The notes below the pieces were generated by a model. That model had not been told where the DNA came from. It did not search any database and was given only the letters and a program-made list of their open reading frames with translations. Below are positions 29,994-40,214 of a stretch of 64,000 nt of DNA, piece after piece; positions within the stretch are counted from its first letter, which is position 1, and every line of letters begins with the position of its first letter. A program made the position numbers and the translations under genes. The stretch comes from a virus. Taxonomy: Duplodnaviria; Caudoviricetes. The stretch covers positions 64,001 to 128,000 of IMG/VR virus record IMGVR_UViG_3300017917_003016; one strand, 5' to 3'.

Positions 29994-30257
29994 ATGTCTA
30001 CACCTACGGACATCGAAAAGCAGAATTTGGAAGCCCACGTTGAAATCTGTGCTGTGAGGTACAGTAACTTGGAAACCAAACTGAATAATTTAGAACAGCG
30101 TATGGACAAGATGGAAGTTTATCTTGTGAATATCAAGGATAGTCTTGAGGGGCGTCTTGATGACCGCAGCAAGGCATCTATGCACTATGTCATTATGATT
30201 TTTGGTACCGTCCTAGCAGCACTACTAGGTTATATCGGACACGGTCTGTTCAAGTAA
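29994..30257 (+). CDS. coiled-coil plus C-terminal TM protein (holin/XhlA-like topology)
   Basis: Heptads LETKLNNLEQRMDKME; hydrophobic C terminus. Confidence 0.5.
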   Translation: MSTPTDIEKQNLEAHVEICAVRYSNLETKLNNLEQRMDKMEVYLVNIKDSLEGRLDDRSKASMHYVIMIFGTVLAALLGYIGHGLFK

Positions 30258-30268
30258 TAAATACTTGT

Positions 30269-30478
30269 ATGAAGATTGTAGAACTAGTAAATAAAATTCA
30301 ACTGCCTATAACCAACGAAGAAAGTGATCTATTAGATCGATTTGTTGGTAATACCCCAGTACCTAAGAGTCATTTAACTGAGCGAGAGCAATTGCTGGCT
30401 AATCATCTAACTATCAAGGATGTACTGACACGTACTCAAAACGATGGTAAAATCTATTACTCAAAACGCATCAAATGA
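30269..30478 (+). CDS. hypothetical protein
   Basis: ORF right after late box 30257. Confidence 0.6.
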   Translation: MKIVELVNKIQLPITNEESDLLDRFVGNTPVPKSHLTEREQLLANHLTIKDVLTRTQNDGKIYYSKRIK

Positions 30479-30938
30479 ATCATTTGATATAGAAAAAATA
30501 CGTCGATTTACGCAGCAAGAATTAGAACGTTTAAACAAACTATCTAGAGAACTGCCAATTTGTTATCAAATTGGGCTGGATGTTCTTGTTGGTATCTATC
30601 GGGTACACAAAATAGATGACAGGCGCTGGCAGGTCTTTGAAAAAGAAACTCAACTTTTTGAATTTTTCAATAGAAAAGATGCTATTTTTTATTGTATTGC
30701 CCTGCATAAAAAACAATATCAATTGGCCAAAGACATTAAAAACTGCGATAGTCAATTGAGCAAACTTGAATTTGATGCTGCACTCTATAGAATACGTTAT
30801 AAGAAAGCACAACAAAAATCTGATGTCTGGGGCCAGGAATTTTACAGTACTCGATATAACGAAACTATGGAACGAATTGCCCGTACTAAGAAAGAAATAA
30901 AGAAAAACTTAGAATTGGCTAAATATATAAAACTGTAA
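30444..30938 (+). CDS. hypothetical protein
   Basis: 164-aa ORF in late cluster. Confidence 0.6.
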   Translation: MVKSITQNASNESFDIEKIRRFTQQELERLNKLSRELPICYQIGLDVLVGIYRVHKIDDRRWQVFEKETQLFEFFNRKDAIFYCIALHKKQYQLAKDIKNCDSQLSKLEFDAALYRIRYKKAQQKSDVWGQEFYSTRYNETMERIARTKKEIKKNLELAKYIKL

Positions 30939-30951
30939 CTAGGAACCAATC

Positions 30952-31629
30952 ATGAAACTAGCAGAAATGGCTCGTACATCGCCTAAAAAAATTAATAAAC
31001 TAATGGAGAGTCGCTTTGGCTTTTCTATAAACTTTGATAAACTCACTGTAGAAAAGGCTGAACAACTTAGCGAAACTATCGCTGCTAACTTAAATCGTAT
31101 TCGCCATTCAGTGGGCTTACACACTGCAGAACGCAATCCTCGATACATGGAACTACTAACTGTGCAAGAAGGGCTAAACGTCTGGTTAAACCAGAATCGC
31201 CAACAACTAACCGAAGGCGAAGTTGGTAATGCAGAAGTTCTGCTAGCAGCCAAAGATATGGTAGATTCAATTCAAGACGTTATTGAAAAAGTTGGTAAGA
31301 TGCAAAATGAACAACTGCCACAACTACTAGACAGTATTCGTGATCAAATTGGTTCAGAACAGGCCAACGGTTTTAAGAACGCAGTAGGTAGCACCTTAGA
31401 GACCTTGATGCAACAACTGCAGTCGGCACGAGAAGGTGTTGATCAAGGTGTTGGAATACTCACCGGCGAGCAGTCACAGCCTATGGATCTAGGTGGCGAT
31501 ATGGATATTGGCATGCCCGCAGACATGAGTGCACCTCCTAGCGACTTTGATCAAGACGAAAGTGACGGATTCGCTGCCACTGACGCAGCAGTTGGTGGTG
31601 TAGAAGAACTTGGCCGCGAACGTAGATAA
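30952..31629 (+). CDS. hypothetical helical protein with acidic tail (possible scaffold/virion protein)
   Basis: AGGA SD; helical and acidic. Confidence 0.55.
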   Translation: MKLAEMARTSPKKINKLMESRFGFSINFDKLTVEKAEQLSETIAANLNRIRHSVGLHTAERNPRYMELLTVQEGLNVWLNQNRQQLTEGEVGNAEVLLAAKDMVDSIQDVIEKVGKMQNEQLPQLLDSIRDQIGSEQANGFKNAVGSTLETLMQQLQSAREGVDQGVGILTGEQSQPMDLGGDMDIGMPADMSAPPSDFDQDESDGFAATDAAVGGVEELGRERR

Positions 31630-31631
31630 TT

Positions 31632-32012
31632 GTGAAAATTAATGAATTTATATCATCCCCGAGTAATCCAGAGTCTAACTTATTAACGGCTCTGCAACTC
31701 ATCCGGAACAGATATAAAGATCGTCAAACAATGCCTAGAATATCAACCAAGGCTTTGATAAATCTTGTTCTTAATACCGACAGAACATTTGATTATGATG
31801 CACTAGCATCAGCCGCTGAAAACAATCCCGCAGTAAAAAATCTTATTAAATCTTTTAACAAAGAATTTGTTAAACTTCGCCCAGCGGGCGAACTTGGCGC
31901 TGAAGAAGAAACTACAACTATCACACCCCAAGATGACGTCACTCAAGAACCAGTTGATACAGTCAGTGACATGGCTAAACGTGCTGCAAAAGAGCGCGGC
32001 GCCGCCGTTTAA
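31632..32012 (+). CDS. hypothetical protein
   Basis: GTG start, MKINEF N terminus. Confidence 0.6.
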   Translation: MKINEFISSPSNPESNLLTALQLIRNRYKDRQTMPRISTKALINLVLNTDRTFDYDALASAAENNPAVKNLIKSFNKEFVKLRPAGELGAEEETTTITPQDDVTQEPVDTVSDMAKRAAKERGAAV

Positions 32013-32079
32013 AAATACTTTTATTTCTACAAAAATTGAATTAAATACTAAGCAACGACTTTTATAAGGGGGTGCTATT

Positions 32080-32193
32080 ATGTTAGAAATGCTATTTTGG
32101 GTAGCAGTTGGTGCGGTTGTTGGTTGGCATGTTCCCCAACCTGCCTGGGCTAAGACTCTTCAAGATAAAGTTCTAAGTATTTTTGGAAAATAA
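32080..32193 (+). CDS. small membrane protein (37 aa, MLEMLFWVAVGAVVGWHVPQPAWAK...)
   Basis: GGGGG SD, single TM; absent from ORF track. Confidence 0.6.
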   Translation: MLEMLFWVAVGAVVGWHVPQPAWAKTLQDKVLSIFGK

Positions 32194-32202
32194 TCACTTA
32201 AC

Positions 32203-32586
32203 ATGGCTTACAGTGACAAAGTAATTGAACATTATGAAAACCCACGCAATGTGGGAAGTTTTGACAAAGATGAGCAGGGAGTGGGCACCGGTATGGTTGG
32301 TGCTCCTGCCTGCGGCGATGTGATGAAACTACAAATTAAAGTTGAAAATGACATCATTACAGATGCTAGATTTAAAACATACGGGTGTGGGTCGGCTATT
32401 GCTAGTTCGTCTTTGGTTACCGAATGGGTTAAAGGCCGTACACTTGATCAGGCCCGGGCAATTAAGAATACAGAAATCGCAGAAGAACTTGCGCTTCCAC
32501 CTGTCAAGATTCATTGCTCGATACTTGCAGAAGATGCAATACGTGCAGCCATAGACGACTACAGAAAGAAAAATCAAAATGATTGA
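32203..32586 (+). CDS. iscU: Fe-S cluster scaffold IscU
   Basis: YENPRNVG, GAPACGDVMKLQI, FKTYGCGSAIASSS, LPPVKIHCSILAEDA. Confidence 0.95.
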   Translation: MAYSDKVIEHYENPRNVGSFDKDEQGVGTGMVGAPACGDVMKLQIKVENDIITDARFKTYGCGSAIASSSLVTEWVKGRTLDQARAIKNTEIAEELALPPVKIHCSILAEDAIRAAIDDYRKKNQND

Positions 32587-32761
32587 TAGTCCCTGTATTG
32601 GTGTTTGTCGGTTAGAAAACGAAAAATGTGTGGGCTGTGGTCGCACCAAATCTGAAATTGCCGATTGGTGGGACATGACTGATAATCAAAAACAACAAAT
32701 TTTAGATAGACTATTAGATGATTACCTTAACGAAAGCAGCCGCAACGGCTATTGGTCATAG
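32579..32761 (+). CDS. DUF1289-family small Fe-S protein
   Basis: SPCIGVC...CVGCGRT..EI..W. Confidence 0.85.
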   Translation: MIDSPCIGVCRLENEKCVGCGRTKSEIADWWDMTDNQKQQILDRLLDDYLNESSRNGYWS

Positions 32762-33038
32762 CATAGACAAAAGAGGTCAAGGTCTAGGAATTCGTGTTGG
32801 TGTTAAAACCACTGGTTGTAGCGGTATGAGTTACGTCTTAGAATATGTAGATGTTCAAAATGCTGATGATCAAATATTTGAATCTTATGGTGTAAAAATA
32901 TTTGTAGATAGAAAAAATCTAATCTATGTTGATGGTTTGGTAATGGACTGGCAGCGACAGGGCCTTAATGAAGGATTTGAATTTTCCAACCCTAACGAAA
33001 AAGGACGTTGCGGTTGCGGGGAGAGTTTTACAGTATGA
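32718..33038 (+). CDS. iscA: Fe-S assembly carrier IscA (HesB family)
   Basis: GVKTTGCSGMSY and CGCGESF. Confidence 0.92.
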   Translation: MITLTKAAATAIGHSIDKRGQGLGIRVGVKTTGCSGMSYVLEYVDVQNADDQIFESYGVKIFVDRKNLIYVDGLVMDWQRQGLNEGFEFSNPNEKGRCGCGESFTV

Positions 33039-33385
33039 AGTTCCCCGTCGTTGAAATAGTTGATCGATATGCTATTGCTGTAGTCAAATTTGAAATGACT
33101 GCCGGTGAAAACAAACAAGAATTAGATTTTTACACAGCACAAATAAATGAAGCAGGAATAGATGTTAATCACACGTTGTTACAAGAATTGATCGAGCACC
33201 ACAAATATGTTTGGTCGCTTGAAGATGACATAAAAAAAGGCAGAGCCGATGCTTTGCCTTTAGAAGAAATCGGAAGACGGGCACTACATGTACGGGATGT
33301 CATGAGTCAGCGTACAGAATTAAAAAATGCACTTGCAGAAGTATACAACGATCCAATACGAGAAATCAAACGTTATCCCGTTTAG
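33035..33385 (+). CDS. hypothetical protein
   Basis: Start MKFPVVEI overlapping iscA stop. Confidence 0.6.
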   Translation: MKFPVVEIVDRYAIAVVKFEMTAGENKQELDFYTAQINEAGIDVNHTLLQELIEHHKYVWSLEDDIKKGRADALPLEEIGRRALHVRDVMSQRTELKNALAEVYNDPIREIKRYPV

Positions 33386-34388
33386 CCTTTATGGCCTTTT
33401 GAAATCCTTCATTAACCAATGCATTGAGATCTAGTGAATTAACTAGATTCTGATTATGTTCTAGTAATTCCAAATTTTCAAAGTAAATTTTATGGATTTC
33501 CTCAATTGGTTTTGATAAAAAATCGATCATTGATTTAGCCAATGCAACAACACGCCGGCTGTCATTTTCGATAGTGTCATAACTCTCATCGATAATGTGA
33601 GAAAAAGTTTTAAATCCAACAGATCTTAAATACTTCAAACTATGTGCTGGGCCAAGATAAAAAATAATATGTTTAAATAACATACTACAAAAGACCTTTT
33701 CGCTGAAAAATAAATGTTTCCCAGTGAAAAAGGTATCGGTTACTATTGATGTATAACACTCTCTACCAATTGACGGTGGTATCATTAATACCTCAGGTGA
33801 ATCATCAAACCCCGGTAACGGTAATAAACTATCGATAATTGAACAATCATCGATGAATTTATTTTGCACATCGTGTTGGAAACGTTCCATAGTATAATTT
33901 TTCACGTGGCACTTATATGAAACGTGTCCCTGCGCCAGAAGATTGTTTTTGTACAATTCACATAACAGATATTTTCTAGAAAGATAGTCTTTGGTACTGG
34001 CAAAAAGAAATTTTTTGGGTTTGGGCCATAAAGATAAATTTTCTGTTTCGTAATATGTTTTCACATAAAATTGAAAAAGCGGCCACTCGGCATAGGGAAA
34101 TCTAATAAGTTTATCAGGTTGTTGACAAATTTGACCGTTAACAAGAATCATAGGATTTGAAATTGATTCATAAAATTCATTTAATACTTCTATTTCCTGA
34201 TGATATATATCGATTCTGTGACCGATTCCCCATAATACAATCAGACTCTGATTGTTATGGATTTTAAGATTCTTAATAAATTCTGGATAGTTGTAACAGT
34301 CGTCACATCTTATATAATTCCAAGAAAAATTAAATTCGTCCGGAAAATTAAATGTTATATGGTAATTCTTTTCAACAAAAGACTGCAT
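33366..34388 (-). CDS. hypothetical glycosyltransferase-like protein (TEK family)
   Basis: IVTDT...FSEKV...GFKTFSHIIDESYD; AT-rich, counter-oriented. Confidence 0.45.
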   Translation of the reverse strand: MQSFVEKNYHITFNFPDEFNFSWNYIRCDDCYNYPEFIKNLKIHNNQSLIVLWGIGHRIDIYHQEIEVLNEFYESISNPMILVNGQICQQPDKLIRFPYAEWPLFQFYVKTYYETENLSLWPKPKKFLFASTKDYLSRKYLLCELYKNNLLAQGHVSYKCHVKNYTMERFQHDVQNKFIDDCSIIDSLLPLPGFDDSPEVLMIPPSIGRECYTSIVTDTFFTGKHLFFSEKVFCSMLFKHIIFYLGPAHSLKYLRSVGFKTFSHIIDESYDTIENDSRRVVALAKSMIDFLSKPIEEIHKIYFENLELLEHNQNLVNSLDLNALVNEGFQKAIKAKRDNV

Positions 34389-34394
34389 TAGATA

Positions 34395-34423
34395 TTTACT
34401 TCCAAAAAAATAAACTATATACT
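34395..34423 (+). promoter_or_regulatory. sigma70-like promoter
   Basis: TTTACT-17-TATACT, ATG 7 nt downstream. Confidence 0.5.
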
Positions 34424-34430
34424 ATTTACA

Positions 34431-35129
34431 ATGTTAATCGATAAATTTAATTATACCCCCATCAATAGAGAAACCCTAGACGGTAAAAGGCACTACTGTT
34501 TACCTGATGGCAGTAAGGTCCCTAGCGTTACTACAATTTTAGATAAAACTAAACCTGAAGAAAAACGTCAGGCATTGGCTAACTGGAAAAAGCGTGTAGG
34601 TGAACAACAAGCACAACAGATCACCACAGAAGCCGCTGGCCGTGGTACTCGCATGCATAAGTATCTTGAGGACTATGTTAGAAACAATCGAGTGTTAACT
34701 GATCCAGGATCAAATCCTTTCAGCCAACAAGCACATCAAATGGCCAAAGAAATTATCAATAACGGGCTTGTGCACGTGGATGAAATGTGGGGAATAGAAG
34801 TTCCATTATATGTAAGTGGATTGTATGCAGGGACTACTGATGCTTGCGGTGTACACCAAGGTGCCCCTGCCATACTTGATTATAAACAAACTAACAAGCC
34901 CAAAAAAACCGAGTGGATTGAAGACTACTTCTTGCAGTTAGTAGCCTATGGTTTGGCACACAACGAAACATATGGGACAAATATACGCAAGGGTGTAATT
35001 CTAATGGCAGTAGCACCAAAGCCCAACGAATCAGCAGAATTTCAAACATGGACCATAGAAAATTCTGAATGGGAGCATTGGACTGAGAAATGGCTGTCCA
35101 GAGTTGAGCAGTATTACAAACTAGGATAA
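34431..35129 (+). CDS. PD-(D/E)xK exonuclease
   Basis: PSVTTIL, GTRMH, E...AGTTD...ILDYKQT, YFLQLVAY. Confidence 0.85.
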   Translation: MLIDKFNYTPINRETLDGKRHYCLPDGSKVPSVTTILDKTKPEEKRQALANWKKRVGEQQAQQITTEAAGRGTRMHKYLEDYVRNNRVLTDPGSNPFSQQAHQMAKEIINNGLVHVDEMWGIEVPLYVSGLYAGTTDACGVHQGAPAILDYKQTNKPKKTEWIEDYFLQLVAYGLAHNETYGTNIRKGVILMAVAPKPNESAEFQTWTIENSEWEHWTEKWLSRVEQYYKLG

Positions 35130-35157
35130 ATACTAGACAATAACTCAAGGTAAAGCC

Positions 35158-35760
35158 ATGGCAGTCATAACCGTTAGTAAAATACAAGTTCGTAGTGGAT
35201 TCCAGGAAGACCTTCCTTCTCTAGATACAGGTGAATTTGGCTGGTGTGTAGACACTCAACGTCTTTTTATAGGCAAGGGAACACTAGCAGAAGGTGCACC
35301 GACTGTGGGTGTCACTGAAATACTAACTGAATACTCTTCAGGGTTGATAAATATCAGCATTACTGCATTAGAAGCCAACGTTGCTAATCTACAGTCAAAT
35401 GTAGCATTTATATCTTCAATAGTTGGTAATTTAATACCAGTTACAACTCAGTTACTGGATAATCAATCTAGTATTGTTAATATATCAGGTGTGAGCATAG
35501 ATTCTCTTTCTTCTCGGGTTATTAATTATAACATTACTAGAAGTACAGCAATGCGCATTGGAACTATCAAAGTTTCAAACTACGCTGGCAATGCCATAAC
35601 ATTTTCAGATGATTATACCGAAACAGCCAGCACCGGCGTGACTTTGTATTTTACTGGCAATCTTAATTTTGGCAATGCCGTGTTGGGATATACCACAACC
35701 AACACAGGTATTAACGGAAATATTACCTACAACTATCAAGACTTAAGAACAATCACCTAG
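35158..35760 (+). CDS. virion structural protein with fibre-type N-terminal domain
   Basis: KIQVRSG...LDTGEFGWCVDTQRLFIG; late box 35126. Confidence 0.55.
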   Translation: MAVITVSKIQVRSGFQEDLPSLDTGEFGWCVDTQRLFIGKGTLAEGAPTVGVTEILTEYSSGLINISITALEANVANLQSNVAFISSIVGNLIPVTTQLLDNQSSIVNISGVSIDSLSSRVINYNITRSTAMRIGTIKVSNYAGNAITFSDDYTETASTGVTLYFTGNLNFGNAVLGYTTTNTGINGNITYNYQDLRTIT

Positions 35761-35761
35761 T

Positions 35762-36223
35762 ATGTGGACAAACTTTTGGAACCTGCGGGTCAATGATAGA
35801 CTAGCGCAGTGGAAAGATATTCGTCACCGGCTTAGTGATTTGCCTATTGATCAGGCTGTTAAAGAATTAAACGACATTTGGAGTTCTGCACCTTTTGTCA
35901 ATTATTATCTTGATCCCAGTAATCCAAGATCATGGCCAGATCCCTGGACTTTATTAGCCGAAAACTACTGGTGTGATGTTGCTAAAGCATTGGGTATCGT
36001 TTATACTTTATACTTCACACGGCATCGTCCGGTGCCAATGGAGATAAGAATTTACTATGATTACCAAGACAAGAGCAGATATAATTTATCTTGGATTGAT
36101 AATGGGAAATATATTCTTAATTGCTATCCCTATGAGATAGTAAATACAGAATCAGTTAAAGATAACAAATTACAATTATTATATCAATATTCAAGCATGG
36201 ACCTGGCACTAGACAAGTACTAA
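35762..36223 (+). CDS. hypothetical protein (weak transglutaminase-like pattern)
   Basis: WPDPWTLL...YWCDVAKALGIVYTL. Confidence 0.45.
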   Translation: MWTNFWNLRVNDRLAQWKDIRHRLSDLPIDQAVKELNDIWSSAPFVNYYLDPSNPRSWPDPWTLLAENYWCDVAKALGIVYTLYFTRHRPVPMEIRIYYDYQDKSRYNLSWIDNGKYILNCYPYEIVNTESVKDNKLQLLYQYSSMDLALDKY

Positions 36224-36236
36224 TAGAGGTAATCAA

Positions 36237-38561
36237 GTGAGTGATATTCAAGTTAAAAAACGTAGCGGAGCATTAGTTCCATTAGATCTAACCAAGTGGC
36301 AGAATCAGATCGCAAAGGTCTGTCAGAGAATCGCTGACGTTAGTCAAAGTATGATTGAAATCAAAGCGCAGCCGCATTTTTACGATGGGATTAGTACTCG
36401 AGAAATTGACGAAATTACTCTACGTGCTATAGTTGATCTTATTGATGTAGAACAGAATCCCAATGTTGGTCATACAAATTATCAATATGTAGCAGGTAAA
36501 CAGCGCCTTAGTATGCTACGTAAAGATGTATATGGCGACTACCAAGTTCCCCATCTCTATGAGATTGTTAAAAAAAATATAGCAACTGGCCTCTACACAC
36601 CAGAATTACTTGAATGGTATTCGGAAGAAGAGTGGGATCGTATGAATGATATTATTGACCACGACAAAGACGAAGAATATTCCTATGCTGCTATCGAGCA
36701 ACTAATTGAAAAATATTTGGTTCGCAATCGTAGTACCAAACAAATATATGAAACTCCACAGATAAGATATATCGTTGCTGCTGCTACGGTATTTCATGCT
36801 GAACCGCAAAAAGAAAGACTAAAATACGTTAAAGAATACTATAATGCCTCTAGTGATGGCCTATTTACTTTGGCCACCCCTGTGCTTGCTGGACTTGGCA
36901 CACCTACCAAACAGTTTAGTAGTTGTGTGCTCATCCGTAGTGATGATGATCTCGATAGTATTTTTGCCAGCGGTGAGATGATGGCCAAGTATGCCAGCAA
37001 ACGTGCTGGCATTGGTCTAGAAGTTGGCAGACTCAGACCCTTGGGTAGCCCTATTCGCGGCGGTGAAATCATGCATACTGGTATGATTCCATTTCTTAAA
37101 AAGTGGTTTGGTGATCTGCGTAGTTGCAGCCAGGGAGGCATACGCAACGCCAGTGCCACAGTGTTCTATCCCATATGGCATCATCAGTTTGATGATCTTA
37201 TTGTCCTTAAGAACAATCAGGGTACAGAAGAAACACGTGTACGGCACATGGACTATGGTGTTGTACTCAACGCCATGTTCTGGCGTCGTTTTAAAAATAA
37301 AGAAAATATCACATTCTTTGATCCTAATGAAGTCCCTGATCTATACGAAGCCTTTTATAGAGACACAAAACTATTTGAAGAACTCTACGAGAAGTATGAA
37401 GCCAAACGGGGACTACGCAAGAAGGTACTCAGCGCCGAGGAAGTATTCAAGAGTGGCATACTCAAAGAACGCACAGACACTGGACGCATCTATCTTGTGT
37501 TTATTGACAACGTAATGGATCAAGGACCATTTGACCCAGAATATCACACTATCTATCAAAGTAACTTGTGTTGCGAAATTTTACTGCCCACCAAACCTTT
37601 CAAACGTTTGGATGATACCAATGGAAGAATCGCTCTTTGTACGTTAGGCAGTATAAATTGGGGAGCGTTCCGTAATCCTGAAGATATGCGTAGAGCATGC
37701 CGTATCCTCCAACGCAGTTTGTGTAATATTTTAGACTACCAGGATTTCCTAAGTGTGCAAAGTCGACTCAGCAATGATGAGATTCAACCTTTGGGTATTG
37801 GTGTGACTAACTTGGCCTATTGGCACGCCAAACGCGGATTAAGATACGGCGAAAAAGATGCTCTACAAGAGGTCAAGTCTTGGATGGAGCATCAGGCTTT
37901 TTATCTAACCGAAGCCACGGTAGAATTGGCCAAAGAACGAGGTCCGTGTAAGCACAGCGAATTAACTCGCTATGGGAAAGGGCACTTTCCCTGGGAACGT
38001 CGAGCCTATGCCGTCAATGAACTAGCAGATTTCACCCCCACTAGAGAACTTGACTGGGAGCAATTAAGGTCAGAGATGAGACAATGGGGAGTTCGCAATG
38101 CCACACTTATGGCCATTGCTCCGGTTGAATCCAGTAGTGTGGTGATTAATTCGACCAATGGTATTGAAATGCCCATGAGTCTGATCAGTGTAAAAGAAAG
38201 TAAAGCAGGTTCATTTATACAGGTTGTACCGGAGTACAATAAACTAAAGAATCGTTACCAAATGATGTGGGAACAAACTGACTGCCAAGGTTATCTAAAA
38301 ACTGCTGCGGTGTTGGCTGCTTACGTTGATCAAAGTATAAGTACAAATACGTTTTATAATCCAGCGCACTTCCCAGACCGTAAGGTACCAACCACACTAA
38401 TTGCTAGGAATTTGATGCAGGCACATCGGTGGGGAATAAAGACTTTCTATTATAGTTTGATAAACAAACAGGGTTCCAAGGCACAAGAAGAAACTATTGC
38501 GGATAAATTGTCACTTTCAGAAGAATTACCAGAAGAGGATTGCGAAAGTTGTAAATTATGA
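36237..38561 (+). CDS. nrdA: ribonucleotide reductase class Ia alpha subunit
   Basis: ATP-cone VKKRSG, QFSSCVL, QSNLCCEI, CTLGSIN, C-terminal CESC. Confidence 0.97.
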   Translation: MSDIQVKKRSGALVPLDLTKWQNQIAKVCQRIADVSQSMIEIKAQPHFYDGISTREIDEITLRAIVDLIDVEQNPNVGHTNYQYVAGKQRLSMLRKDVYGDYQVPHLYEIVKKNIATGLYTPELLEWYSEEEWDRMNDIIDHDKDEEYSYAAIEQLIEKYLVRNRSTKQIYETPQIRYIVAAATVFHAEPQKERLKYVKEYYNASSDGLFTLATPVLAGLGTPTKQFSSCVLIRSDDDLDSIFASGEMMAKYASKRAGIGLEVGRLRPLGSPIRGGEIMHTGMIPFLKKWFGDLRSCSQGGIRNASATVFYPIWHHQFDDLIVLKNNQGTEETRVRHMDYGVVLNAMFWRRFKNKENITFFDPNEVPDLYEAFYRDTKLFEELYEKYEAKRGLRKKVLSAEEVFKSGILKERTDTGRIYLVFIDNVMDQGPFDPEYHTIYQSNLCCEILLPTKPFKRLDDTNGRIALCTLGSINWGAFRNPEDMRRACRILQRSLCNILDYQDFLSVQSRLSNDEIQPLGIGVTNLAYWHAKRGLRYGEKDALQEVKSWMEHQAFYLTEATVELAKERGPCKHSELTRYGKGHFPWERRAYAVNELADFTPTRELDWEQLRSEMRQWGVRNATLMAIAPVESSSVVINSTNGIEMPMSLISVKESKAGSFIQVVPEYNKLKNRYQMMWEQTDCQGYLKTAAVLAAYVDQSISTNTFYNPAHFPDRKVPTTLIARNLMQAHRWGIKTFYYSLINKQGSKAQEETIADKLSLSEELPEEDCESCKL

Positions 38562-39106
38562 CCTACGGATTTATTAAAAATGTTATCCTTCGTGAAGGCA
38601 AGGAAAAACTAGTCATTGAAGAATTGCCATACGGTAAGCGTGATCTCGCGCCCAGCATTTCCAAAGATACCATAGACTATCATTATGAGAACCTAGCCAA
38701 GACCTATGCCAAAAGATATAATGCAGGAGAAGGGGACCCTGACTTCAATGAAGCAGGCGTATTTCTACACAATACACTTTTTCCACAGTATAAAAAATAC
38801 GACAAAGATAATGCACCTGCGGGACAGATAGAAGAATTTATAAATAAACATTTTACCAGTTTTGCCAAGTTCAAAGAAGAATTTCAAAAAGTTGCTATGA
38901 CCATACAGGGCAGCGGTTGGGTTTATCTAAGTCAAAGCGGTAAAATTAAAACTATAAAGAATCATGAAATCAAAAGCGATATAGTATTATTGATAGATTG
39001 GTGGGAACATGCCTGGGCATTAGACTATCAGGCCGATAAAAAAGATTATTTAGAAAATCAGTGGTATATAATTAACTGGACAAAAATTGAGGAGCGACTA
39101 CGATGA
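38558..39106 (+). CDS. Fe/Mn superoxide dismutase
   Basis: LPY..DLAP.IS...IDYH, FLHN, IDWWEHAW; all four metal ligands present. Confidence 0.88.
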   Translation: MTYGFIKNVILREGKEKLVIEELPYGKRDLAPSISKDTIDYHYENLAKTYAKRYNAGEGDPDFNEAGVFLHNTLFPQYKKYDKDNAPAGQIEEFINKHFTSFAKFKEEFQKVAMTIQGSGWVYLSQSGKIKTIKNHEIKSDIVLLIDWWEHAWALDYQADKKDYLENQWYIINWTKIEERLR

Positions 39107-40203
39107 GCCGAGCACAATACGACCTAAAACACGACACAGACTATCTTAACCGCAAGATGTTTTTAGATCCTGCAGGGCCTGTGACTATTCAACGTTTTGA
39201 AGAAGTCAAATATAATAAACTAGCAAAGTTTGAGCAGACTGCTCGCGGATTCTTTTGGGTTCCAGAAGAAATTAGTCTAACCAAAGATGCTAACGATTTT
39301 AAGGATGCCAGTAGCACAGTCAAACATATTTTTACCAGCAATCTGCTAAGACAAACTGCACTTGACAGCCTACAAGGCCGTGGCCCAGCACAGGTGTTTA
39401 CTCCTGTGGTAAGCATTCCTGAACTTGAAGCGTTGATGTACAACTGGAGTTTCTTTGAGACTAACATACATTCACGCTCATACAGCCACATTATTCGTAA
39501 CATCTACAATGTGCCTAAGGATGTGTTCAATACCATTCACGAAACTAAAGAAATTGTTGACATGGCATCTACTATTGGTCGCTATTATGATGCACTACAT
39601 GACGTCAACTGCCGTGTAGAAATGGGACAAAAAGTCACCGAAAAAGAACATATTAAGGCTATATGGCTGGCACTTAATGCCAGTTATGGCCTAGAAGCGT
39701 TCCGCTTTATGGTATCATTTGCTACTAGCCTTGCTATGGTGGAAAATAAGATCTTCATCGGCAATGGCAACATTATCAGTCTAATCCTGCAAGATGAAGT
39801 ACTGCACAAAGACTGGACCGCATGGTTAATCAATCAAGTGGTCAAGGAAGACCCTCGCTTTGCTGAAGTTAAACGTGAATGCGAGGGAGAAGTATATGCC
39901 ATGTACATGGATGTGATTCGTGAAGAAAAGGCATGGGCTGATTATCTATTCAAAATGGGTCCAGTTATTGGACTAAACGCCAATATTCTTAAGGATTTTG
40001 TTGACTATACTGCACTGAACGCGCTCAAAGAAATCGGCATTAAGTATCTTGAACCTGCCCCAAGAAACACACCTATTCCGTGGTTTAACAAGCACTCAGA
40101 CACTAGCAAGAAGCAGACTGCACTACAAGAAAATGAATCAACTAACTACGTCATAGGCGTTATGAGTGATGCTATCGACTATGATCTATTGCCAGAATTA
40201 TAA
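39103..40203 (+). CDS. nrdB: ribonucleotide reductase class Ia beta subunit
   Basis: FFWVPEEISL, LDSLQ, ETNIHSRSY, LEAFRFMVSF, DEVLH, ALQENE. Confidence 0.95.
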   Translation: MSRAQYDLKHDTDYLNRKMFLDPAGPVTIQRFEEVKYNKLAKFEQTARGFFWVPEEISLTKDANDFKDASSTVKHIFTSNLLRQTALDSLQGRGPAQVFTPVVSIPELEALMYNWSFFETNIHSRSYSHIIRNIYNVPKDVFNTIHETKEIVDMASTIGRYYDALHDVNCRVEMGQKVTEKEHIKAIWLALNASYGLEAFRFMVSFATSLAMVENKIFIGNGNIISLILQDEVLHKDWTAWLINQVVKEDPRFAEVKRECEGEVYAMYMDVIREEKAWADYLFKMGPVIGLNANILKDFVDYTALNALKEIGIKYLEPAPRNTPIPWFNKHSDTSKKQTALQENESTNYVIGVMSDAIDYDLLPEL

Positions 40204-40214
40204 GAGGAAAAATT

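Noticed and set aside
36237-40203. Introns or inteins in nrdA/nrdB
   Set aside because: Both have normal lengths and contiguous motifs.
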